Shown: piece by piece, positions 27,878 to 35,905 of the stretch
Layout of the letters: each line of letters opens with the position of its first letter
Position numbering within the stretch: position 1 is the first letter of the stretch
The notes under the pieces: generated by a model
Told to the model about the DNA's origin: nothing
The model's database searches: none
Seen by the model: only the letters and a program-made list of their open reading frames with translations
Program-made: the position numbers and the translations under genes
DNA from: Schmidtea nova
Lineage: Eukaryota
Length of the DNA stretch: 64,000 nt
Reading direction: 5' to 3'
Assembly: GCA_044892505.1 (NCBI GenBank)
Contig: CM097883.1
Location: 8,122,001 to 8,186,000, forward strand

Positions 27878-27987
27878 CAACAGAGCAGCCAAATCTAAAC
27901 AAATCTGAAAATCTAAATTTATAAATATATATGCTAAAGATTTATAATTTAAATAAACTATTAAAATCAAAAATTTTAAAAATTTTA

Positions 27988-28026
27988 AACGAGATCGGGT
28001 GAATAAAGATTATTATGGTCGTGGAC
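27988..28026 (-). pseudogene. Variant 5S 5' half (nt 1-39) at the E3 5' junction
   Basis: Same three substitutions. Confidence 0.9.
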
Positions 28027-28225
28027 AAAGACTATATTTATTTGGTACTGAAATATATTATCAATAATTTTTTTTCTCAATGAATTTCGCCGATTCACCA
28101 CATCATGTTGAGATAGGCTGAAAAAAAGTAAAAAAATTAATTCAGAACTCACCGAATTAGTCATATCATCTTTTCGAATCGAATATTCATCGAATAATGA
28201 AATTCGAATTCGTAATCGACAAAAA

Positions 28226-28323
28226 AGTCCACAACACCTCGTATTCCCAGGCGGTCACCCATCCAAGTACTAACGAGGCCTTAACCTGCTTAACTTCCGA
28301 GATCGAACGAGATCGGGTGAATC
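28226..28323 (-). pseudogene. 5S 3' half (nt 22-119) at the E4 3' junction
   Basis: Identical junction; retains the whole internal control region. Confidence 0.92.
28306..28322. repeat. Target-site duplication, left copy of E4 (AACGAGATCGGGTGAAT, 5S nt 23-39)
   Basis: The same 17-mer occurs at 35906-35922 and on both sides of every full-length copy. Confidence 0.85.
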
Positions 28324-28931
28324 GAAAAAGTTTTATTTAATAATAAAATTTGAAAATTTACAAGAGGACAATGCTCAACATGGAGCACGCCAAACAGGCA
28401 ATATACAAGAACAAAAGAGTCAGAAAGAAATCAATCAAATCAATGTAATTGTCGAGATATTTTCGACTCAATTGTCATTTGCAACTGCCGGAATTGTCCC
28501 AGGCATTTGATGTGGTTTTCCTTCGGATAATAGCTCCGGCTTAATTCGATATAGCTTTTGATGCATCTGCCAGGTACACGAATGAGATCAGATCGATAAC
28601 ATCAACACAAGAGAGAAGTGTCACGTGTAAGTCGGAAAACGGGCTTCTCGAGCTGTAGCGACAAGTCATCACAGTTAGAGATTAGGCAATTCCAGGCTAA
28701 CGTAATATTTACAGGCATCTTTCTGATCCCAGCTAAATCTCATCAATTCTATCTAAATATTTGCAAGAAAGGGAAATATATATATATAAACATAAATGAT
28801 AATAATTATATATAATAAATCCGGACCTTGGAGAGGGGAATATCTAAAACATAAAATATACTACTTTTATACATCAAGGTAAATGTAACAATGATAAACC
28901 TCAATTGAATAAAAAACAAAGAATATTTACA
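28324..28931 (-). other. 608-nt 3' UTR of E4 with a GC-richer, probably structured core and terminal AATAAA; no poly(A) tail
   Basis: Lies between the ORF2 TAA and the 5S junction. Short inverted repeats such as GTCGA/TCGAC and TGCC/GGCA; AATAAA at 28332-28337. Confidence 0.75.
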
Positions 28932-31900
28932 TTAATTTTGATCTTTAATAAAGAGATTATCATCATCAAAGGTGGGTAGGATACCATTCTTGTGGAAGTA
29001 CCATCGCTTGGCAGAGTGTGCGATGTTACTTATGGCACATTTCTTTAGAAGTCCATCCACCTGGCCTTTCTTTACACCAACCTTTTGAAGGACTTGCGAA
29101 GTTTCTGGAGGAAAAGAGCCAAGAGCACCAATAATACAAGTGTCAAGCTCAACTTTAAAGTCGGGTTTAGCAGCTTGTATATCAGTTTTCAAAGAGTTAT
29201 ATTTTGCCAGATTCAATGAATTTACCCGATCAAAGTGGGTCAATGAATCACTAGGGCATTTCAAATCAACCAGGAAAATTCTTTTACGAGACACGTCCGT
29301 TATAAGCAAATCAACTCGTTCTTTGGAAAGTGGAACAAGTGAGCATGCGTGATCAACTACAACAATCAAGTTTTTATTAGATTGAAGTTGTTTCGCGATA
29401 AGTTTAAGACAAGCGTCATGCCGCTCAGAACCCAGTGTCAGATGTACCTTGCATGATTGGAGTACATGAGAAGAGGTCTCATCATCTTCATGACACCGAC
29501 GACATAGTCTTTTCTCACCTCTGTTATAAGGCTTCGCAAGAGTGGAAAGAGTGTTTGTGCGAGCTCTGTGAATGAAATTCCAGCTAAATTCGGACAATTC
29601 ACTTCGATAAATTGCTTTGTTCACTATCGGTGAAAGTTTTACTGCTGAAGCGATGATGTTGGAAATACAGCTTTTTTCCCATTTGGCCAAGTATGAATCA
29701 CAGAGCATCATGTGTAGTATTTTTGATGTTGTCTGACGAGTGTCAGGAGTTACAATGCAAGTACCACGCTCTGCAGTGGTGATGTAGAGCCATGGTTCTC
29801 GATTCGTGACTGTGAATGTAATGCTAATGTCATGAGTCTTTTCAAAGAAAGCAACCGCAATCCTAGCTCTTTGAAATCGAGTTTTCTTTCCAGAATGGGG
29901 GGAAAGAGACTCTTTACCATTGAGCCAATCAAGACTTTCTTGAAGAGTTGGATTTTTTATCCCAAGACGTGGACTAGTGACAAAAGCCAAAGAGTCAAGA
30001 TTAACTTTCCTCGCAAAGTCACATTTCGACGTGATGAGTCGGAAAAAGTGTGTAATAGTCTGCGTGTGATACTCATCAAGGAGATCAACACAATTTGCTC
30101 CACCATTTTCTGTAGAGTTGTAAAAATAACTCACTTCAGAATGACTTGGCAAAAGCAGCATTTTTCTCAAGTGATTTCTCATTTGGCTGGTGATATTTAC
30201 CGAGAGATTACTATTACCACAAGATTTTGAGAGAGCACTAGTTTTAATCTCTCTGGTTCTGAAAGGAAAGATCAAGCGAGAGTGGATGAAGATCTTGTAG
30301 GCTTTCAGTTTTTGCCAACCAAGCAAATCAGAATCGGCAAGTTTTTTGGTGTCAATTAAAGCTTGTTCAAGAATGTCATATGGACTCTGATCAGTTTCCT
30401 CACCTACTGGCACACCAAGGTACTGGTAGAATTCATTAGACAAGAGCTTTTGAATTTTGACATTATTGATGGAAATTTCGCTGTCAATGTGGATATTTGG
30501 CAGTTGTAAATAGCCACATTTTTCCGGGCGATATTCGAAGCCTATTTCGGTGGCAGTTGTAACAGCAATGTTGACGAGTTTTTGTAAGTCATCTACAGAT
30601 TTAGCAACAATGGCAATGTCGTCAGCGTATGCGAGAATCTTGACAGATGATTCTCCAATAGTAAAAGCATCACAAACTGTACTGGAAACAGCTTCCAGTA
30701 CAGGGTTTATTGCCAAAGCAAACAGAATCATGGAGATGGGACATCCCTGCTTGACACCCTTTTTAATCAGGATGTTAGGAGTTACGATAGGCCCACAACT
30801 ATAAAAGGAGCTAGTGTCAGAGTATAACATTTGCAAGATGGAAGCAAATTCTTCACCAACTCCAATGTACCGGAGTAAGGACCACATGTAATCATGTGGG
30901 ACACTACCAAATGCATCCTTAATATCAAGCCAGGCGATAGATAGAGGACAGCGCTTACTATACTTGGAATGCTCAAGCGCAGCAGACAGAATTGAATTGT
31001 GCTCAACACAACCATCATGTTCAGAACCACCTTTCTGCCCAACATGCAAAAGATTGTTCAAGGTTATCCAGCGTGTAAGGCGAGAGGCAAGGCAGGAAGC
31101 GAATACTTTGTAAATAACAGAGAGTAAGGCAATTGGACGCCAAGACGATACGTCTGCATATTTATTATTTTTGTTAGGCTTAGGAGTTAAAAGGGTTTTA
31201 AAGGCCTTCCAACTGTCAGGTATGGACTTTTCAGTAATGATCTTGTTGAATAAAAAGGCAAGTATATGACCCCCAGGATCTAGACGCAACAAGTCACGAT
31301 ATTGCAATCCATCAATACCAGGACTAGTGTTGTCAGCCTTCCTTAGTTCATACACTACCTCCTTACTCGAGATGCATTGCAGAGGAAGTACTCGTTCAGA
31401 ACGTTTACAGAATACGAATAATTTCTCCCACTGGCCACGGATTGGAGTTTCATGAGAAAAATATTTGACGATATTCTGGAATGTTGGTCGGGTAGGTACA
31501 TCAAAGTTATTGATGACTATGTTGACCGCCGATTTCATGTCCGTGGTAAATTTTTTAATAAGTTTATTTTTGCTGATTTTAGAGGCTCTCGGTCTGGTTC
31601 CCAAGTAAGGTTTTGACAAAGGCTTAAGTTTCTCAGGAAACTGCTCATTAATTGCATAAATAATTTCATTGGTGCTAAAATTTGCCCATTTAATAACAAG
31701 TAATTCAGCATTAGTTATACGCTGTTTGATAGAGATATTTGTAGCAAAGTTATTATCAAGTTTAGCTTTACCTAGACTTTCAAATTTATCATGTTCTTTT
31801 ACGTGAAAGACCAAAGAACTAACTATATTTCCAATCTCACGCAGGTTTAAGTTTATGAGGGGTAAATCCTTTGAGTAATTGTTAATAAAAGAACATAAAA

Positions 31901-33557
31901 GCACTTTACTTATTAGACCTGAGCCGCGGATGTCATGAGGACATTCACAAAAATTTAAAACGCGGCCTGGTGTTTCTTTAATTTCATTTATTTTATTTCT
32001 GAGTATTCGACAGGTTGACATGTAATTGTCGTTATCAGTCAAAGATGTTGGATTGATAAGATAACAAGTATCAACACTATAGTCGAGAATAAGTAAAATT
32101 TCTCGATGTTTCGGAGGTGCAACAATAGCAAAGATGACTTGTGACTTGATGATCCACTCAAAGTTTAAAAATTCGTTTAGGTGCTGAGTGCAATCATCAA
32201 GAATCGCCAAGCACATTGTTGAATTTAGAAGCAAGAATCGATTAGGTAAATTTAAATTATTAAAAAATTTTGTGATGATTTTATCAGTGATTTTAGAATT
32301 TAGTAAATTTAAATTCTGAGAGATCTCATTCGCTTCCCTTAATTTTAATAAATTTAGGGACTCACTGATCTTCGAAATGGATACTTCTTTATTGAAGAAT
32401 AATCTTTCAAGCAACTCAATAAAGACAGATGCAAAGAGAATTGGGTCATCAGAGACGATAGGCCAAAGCTCAATGTTGTGATTAGGTTTGAAGCTAATGT
32501 CCGATGATAGAAAAAACTTATTTAGATAGTCAGTCATATTATCGCTAATACCAAGCAGACGTTCCGAAAGAAGTTTTTCTTGATTGTTGAAGATGTGGCT
32601 AGCACCGTATGCAGTAGAAAAGAGATAAAGGCACCAGTAATTCTCATTTGGGATAACACTTATAACATGGTTAATTCCAAGAAAATGTTTGAAAGTTACA
32701 TTTTCTCTAATGAATGACTCGTTTTGAGCAATCATATTTAATGTCAATTCGTGTGACAGAACCAAGATGTTTTTATGGTCCTTGAACCATTCCGCAATAA
32801 GGGAGGTGACACACGAGTTTCTTTTGAGAAGAAAAATGTGATTGTGTTTATTCACAACTGTTACCTTTTTAGATTGTTTTTTGTCAGTAATCTTTGGTAT
32901 CCCACCCCCAGATGATTTAGGTAATTCACTCATCATGGACAATTGAAATTGGTGGACATCCTTTCTAATGGACTCGATAAAGTCAACAGGAAACTTCTGC
33001 CATTCGCCACTTATCATCATAGCATACGCGCAGATGAAAGGACCACAGTCGTAGTTGTTGTCTTGAAAGACAAAGGATTTGTGTGGATGAAAGAAAACCG
33101 CAGATTTCAGATTAAACAAACGATTCAAAGCAATGTTGGTTTGAAGCGCAGTCGCTTTATTACTAAGTGAATGTCGGTTGTCAAAAATTGGATCAACAAA
33201 GTAAGAAGTCAGCGAGGACTTGCAATACACAAACAAGATCCAGTGAGATTGGTCAATGTTAAGGGGGCACAATAATATTTGCGCTGACAAAACTCTTTCC
33301 GGCATTGGAAAAATATCATCCGAAAGGTTTGCCATTAAAATCTCTATTTGGAAACATTTTACAGGCGCAAATTTAGGGTTACTGATGTGACTTTCTAAAT
33401 AGTTATCAATGTCATCATCAGTGAACCAGACTTTAGGGTTACGTATTATGCTTTGGTTTTTGAAAATATTAACTATATTATTAGGGATAATACTATCTGT
33501 GCTGTCTGCAACAGTCTCGTTGGAGATTGGAACAGATATTGAGACTGGTGCAGGCAC
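28932..33557 (-). CDS. ORF2 of E4: Ulp1/SENP-like cysteine protease + reverse transcriptase + CCHC zinc knuckle + restriction-like endonuclease (1541 codons, no ATG at the start)
   Basis: Protease: SHW (H105), VDP (D122), QDNNYDCG (Q165, C171). RT: SPGIDG, WRPIAL, LDIKDAF, GVKQGCP, YADD (30618-30629), YLG. Knuckle: CRRC-x8-H-x4-C. RLE: RHD, RVD..DLK, AKY. The first codon called is GTG. Confidence 0.95.
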   Translation of the reverse strand: MPAPVSISVPISNETVADSTDSIIPNNIVNIFKNQSIIRNPKVWFTDDDIDNYLESHISNPKFAPVKCFQIEILMANLSDDIFPMPERVLSAQILLCPLNIDQSHWILFVYCKSSLTSYFVDPIFDNRHSLSNKATALQTNIALNRLFNLKSAVFFHPHKSFVFQDNNYDCGPFICAYAMMISGEWQKFPVDFIESIRKDVHQFQLSMMSELPKSSGGGIPKITDKKQSKKVTVVNKHNHIFLLKRNSCVTSLIAEWFKDHKNILVLSHELTLNMIAQNESFIRENVTFKHFLGINHVISVIPNENYWCLYLFSTAYGASHIFNNQEKLLSERLLGISDNMTDYLNKFFLSSDISFKPNHNIELWPIVSDDPILFASVFIELLERLFFNKEVSISKISESLNLLKLREANEISQNLNLLNSKITDKIITKFFNNLNLPNRFLLLNSTMCLAILDDCTQHLNEFLNFEWIIKSQVIFAIVAPPKHREILLILDYSVDTCYLINPTSLTDNDNYMSTCRILRNKINEIKETPGRVLNFCECPHDIRGSGLISKVLLCSFINNYSKDLPLINLNLREIGNIVSSLVFHVKEHDKFESLGKAKLDNNFATNISIKQRITNAELLVIKWANFSTNEIIYAINEQFPEKLKPLSKPYLGTRPRASKISKNKLIKKFTTDMKSAVNIVINNFDVPTRPTFQNIVKYFSHETPIRGQWEKLFVFCKRSERVLPLQCISSKEVVYELRKADNTSPGIDGLQYRDLLRLDPGGHILAFLFNKIITEKSIPDSWKAFKTLLTPKPNKNNKYADVSSWRPIALLSVIYKVFASCLASRLTRWITLNNLLHVGQKGGSEHDGCVEHNSILSAALEHSKYSKRCPLSIAWLDIKDAFGSVPHDYMWSLLRYIGVGEEFASILQMLYSDTSSFYSCGPIVTPNILIKKGVKQGCPISMILFALAINPVLEAVSSTVCDAFTIGESSVKILAYADDIAIVAKSVDDLQKLVNIAVTTATEIGFEYRPEKCGYLQLPNIHIDSEISINNVKIQKLLSNEFYQYLGVPVGEETDQSPYDILEQALIDTKKLADSDLLGWQKLKAYKIFIHSRLIFPFRTREIKTSALSKSCGNSNLSVNITSQMRNHLRKMLLLPSHSEVSYFYNSTENGGANCVDLLDEYHTQTITHFFRLITSKCDFARKVNLDSLAFVTSPRLGIKNPTLQESLDWLNGKESLSPHSGKKTRFQRARIAVAFFEKTHDISITFTVTNREPWLYITTAERGTCIVTPDTRQTTSKILHMMLCDSYLAKWEKSCISNIIASAVKLSPIVNKAIYRSELSEFSWNFIHRARTNTLSTLAKPYNRGEKRLCRRCHEDDETSSHVLQSCKVHLTLGSERHDACLKLIAKQLQSNKNLIVVVDHACSLVPLSKERVDLLITDVSRKRIFLVDLKCPSDSLTHFDRVNSLNLAKYNSLKTDIQAAKPDFKVELDTCIIGALGSFPPETSQVLQKVGVKKGQVDGLLKKCAISNIAHSAKRWYFHKNGILPTFDDDNLFIKDQN

Positions 33558-33563
33558 GCACCT

Positions 33564-35795
33564 TCATTTATTTTTTGTTGTCGTACATTTGGGTTTTTTG
33601 ATCTGTCTAGGTGGCAGATCTTGAACTGTACTTTTGCAAAGTTCGACGGCAGATGACGGATCATCATCAATATCCGTTGGTAGTTTACGCTTAGGATTCA
33701 CTGTTTCTGGTGTAGAAGCAATGGGAACAGATTCATCAATAACTACAGCACTTTGGCCAGGGTTAACAGCCTCGCTGGCAGTATCAGGGTTCAGAAGTGG
33801 ACTTATCGACTCAAGAAGCCTGGTAATGCACTTACCAACACCTATAGAACAGATCTTTCGGCAAGACTTTGGTACACGGAAGGAAAATTTATTTTTCAGC
33901 AAAAAGCTTTTCTTGTCCCTTACAACAAAGAACAGGAGCCTTTTTGCTTTGATGGTATCAGGATTAATCGAGTCAGATTCAAAATCGTTAATTCCATTGG
34001 CTATTCTATCAAGAGCCTTTAATTGTTGAGCTTTTTTTGGATAGGATTTCTCAATCTCAACAAGAAGATTGTTAATTACAGAAATGGTCTCTGGAGAAAT
34101 TATACTGTTTACCCTGTCAATCTCCTGGGCCAGATGAGATTGCTGAAGCTTAAGAACTCGTTCCTGGCAGTCAGTACTATAATAAGAGTCTATCGGAATT
34201 TCCCTGATCAAAGCCCGAGCCCAGGAGACCAAATCACTACAGCGTAAGGAATTAATATTCTCAATGCACATAATGGAGTGCATCAGAAAGCAGTTGCGAA
34301 GGTAGTTAAACACATATATATCGAACGACGTTTCAGATTTATATTTTAGGGATCCCTGTAAGTTTAAAAGATTTAAATAAAAAATTATATTTATTAGTTT
34401 TTCAGGAGATTGTGGCTGATTCAACAAATGTCCAAATTCAGTGTCCGAATTTGACATTTCAGTAAAGTCCAGCAGCCCTAGGTTAAACATTATGTCAGCC
34501 GCACCTTCATCCTGCAGTCTGACAGAGCTCTGGCAATTTTTGGGCAATTTTATGAATTTACCCCCCACAAATGAGATCTCTGCAGGAAAGTTTTTAGAAA
34601 ATTTTAATTCATTTATTAATTTAATTAATAAATTAGGATTTTTATTTATATTTTCAACAAAATAAAGTTGAGGAATCTCAGGAAAAGATTTCGTCAGCTC
34701 TTCCAGCTCAGTACGGGAAAGTTCAGTTGGGTTTTGACTAGTACTGACATTGGCAGAGACACCAGTATTAAAAAGATCCAGCAAGAGGAACTCTCCATCA
34801 CAAAATTTCACCTGCGAATTTATCAAAAAGTTTGGGATTTCACCCTGTTGCTTGAGATCGTGCAGGATGTTGTTAATTCGGATTTCCCTATCCTTAGCAT
34901 TTTTAATCACAATAGTTTCAGCAAACTTATTTGTGAGAGCAAATAAAAATTTTTTAATATAGAGGGAAGCAGGAACAAATTTGTATTCGTTACAGGTAGG
35001 CACTATAACGTTAGATCCAATTAAAAAGATGCCCTTATTTGGCTTTTTTATTGCTGGGATAGATGGTTTTGAATCAGCTTTCGAAAGATCAACAAGCACA
35101 CATATGTGGCGATTTCTATAAAATAGCCTTTCAAAACCTGATATCCCCAACGGATTATCTGATTTTGATATTTGGCAAAGAATATTATTAATTTTATTAA
35201 ATTTATCTTTACTTTCTTTTGATTTTAATAGTTTTTCTATATTTATATTAGTTTTTAAATAATTTAATTTTTCCCTTTTAGTCAAATGGCGTGGAAAAAT
35301 AGTTGAAAATACTGAGCCATCTTTTTTATTTTTACTATTGGGGTCTGATTTTTTATTTAAAGATTTTTTATTTAAAGATTTTTCAACAGGACCAGACCGA
35401 GGCTGAAAATTCTTTTCAATTATTGGATTTTGATTTAAATTGGAAATTGGATTATTATCAATTGTAATTTTAAAATTTACTAATTTACAATCATTAAAAT
35501 TTGTATCTTTATTTTCCTTATTTAAAATTATTTTTATTTTAGAAGGGTCAAACTCATCACGGCCCAAACTCTCATCAAGAATAATCTGCCTAGCAGAAAA
35601 AAAATCATTTAATTTATTTTCATTATTTAATCTATTTTTACTAGAAATATTTTTAATCAAAAGAGGCATATCATTAATACATTTACTAGCATTTGAATAT
35701 TTCAAACTACTTTCAGATTTAATATTTACAAAATATTCATCTGAAATATTCAAATGCTCCAAAAGAAAATTTAACTTACTGTTAATTTCTTCCAT
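33564..35795 (-). CDS. ORF1 of E4: 743-aa protein of unknown function (ATG at 35795, MEEINSK...)
   Basis: Open in E4, E6 and E7. Indels between subfamilies in its variable region keep the frame. Basic C-terminal motifs PKRK and KKPK. The ORF track extends it to a TTG at 35888. Confidence 0.85.
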   Translation of the reverse strand: MEEINSKLNFLLEHLNISDEYFVNIKSESSLKYSNASKCINDMPLLIKNISSKNRLNNENKLNDFFSARQIILDESLGRDEFDPSKIKIILNKENKDTNFNDCKLVNFKITIDNNPISNLNQNPIIEKNFQPRSGPVEKSLNKKSLNKKSDPNSKNKKDGSVFSTIFPRHLTKREKLNYLKTNINIEKLLKSKESKDKFNKINNILCQISKSDNPLGISGFERLFYRNRHICVLVDLSKADSKPSIPAIKKPNKGIFLIGSNVIVPTCNEYKFVPASLYIKKFLFALTNKFAETIVIKNAKDREIRINNILHDLKQQGEIPNFLINSQVKFCDGEFLLLDLFNTGVSANVSTSQNPTELSRTELEELTKSFPEIPQLYFVENINKNPNLLIKLINELKFSKNFPAEISFVGGKFIKLPKNCQSSVRLQDEGAADIMFNLGLLDFTEMSNSDTEFGHLLNQPQSPEKLINIIFYLNLLNLQGSLKYKSETSFDIYVFNYLRNCFLMHSIMCIENINSLRCSDLVSWARALIREIPIDSYYSTDCQERVLKLQQSHLAQEIDRVNSIISPETISVINNLLVEIEKSYPKKAQQLKALDRIANGINDFESDSINPDTIKAKRLLFFVVRDKKSFLLKNKFSFRVPKSCRKICSIGVGKCITRLLESISPLLNPDTASEAVNPGQSAVVIDESVPIASTPETVNPKRKLPTDIDDDPSSAVELCKSTVQDLPPRQIKKPKCTTTKNK
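35349..35378. repeat. 15-bp tandem duplication in ORF1 (encodes SLNKK twice), polymorphic between copies
   Basis: TTTTTTATTTAAAGA x2 in E0-E2, E4 and E6; x1 in E3 and E7. Confidence 0.9.
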
Positions 35796-35905
35796 CAACA
35801 GAGCAGCCAAATCTAAACAAATCTGAAAATCTAAATTTATAAATATATATGCTAAAGATTTATAATTTAAATAAACTATTAAAATCAAAAATTTTAAAAA
35901 TTTTA

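Larger units (their letters stand above)
20561..27987 (-). mobile_element. E3: chimeric copy (3' about 0.95 kb A-type, remainder B-type), 7427 bp, inactive
   Basis: A-type 3' UTR and TAG at codon 1470, B-type alleles from about 21557 upward, and a 139-bp deletion near the ORF1 start. Confidence 0.9.
28324..35905 (-). mobile_element. E4: full-length, potentially active 5S-specific RLE non-LTR retrotransposon (NeSL/R5-like), subfamily B, 7582 bp
   Basis: Intact ORF1 and ORF2, precise junctions in 5S, no LTRs, non-LTR RT motifs plus CCHC and RLE. Confidence 0.95.

Noticed and set aside
30408-31325. RT as group II intron, retron or DGR enzyme
   Set aside because: Motif context (SPGxDG, WRPIAL, QGCP, YADD) plus C-terminal CCHC, RHD and RLE, and a eukaryotic 5S target, indicate a non-LTR retrotransposon.
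33564-33566. Host genetic code with UGA as a sense codon
   Set aside because: Only one TGA occurs in 2287 codons while Trp is otherwise encoded without stops; general reassignment would scatter TGA codons.
35796-35888. N-terminal extension MILIVYLN... of ORF1 in the ORF track
   Set aside because: It starts at TTG in a near-pure A/T leader. The first ATG (35795) is the more plausible eukaryotic start.
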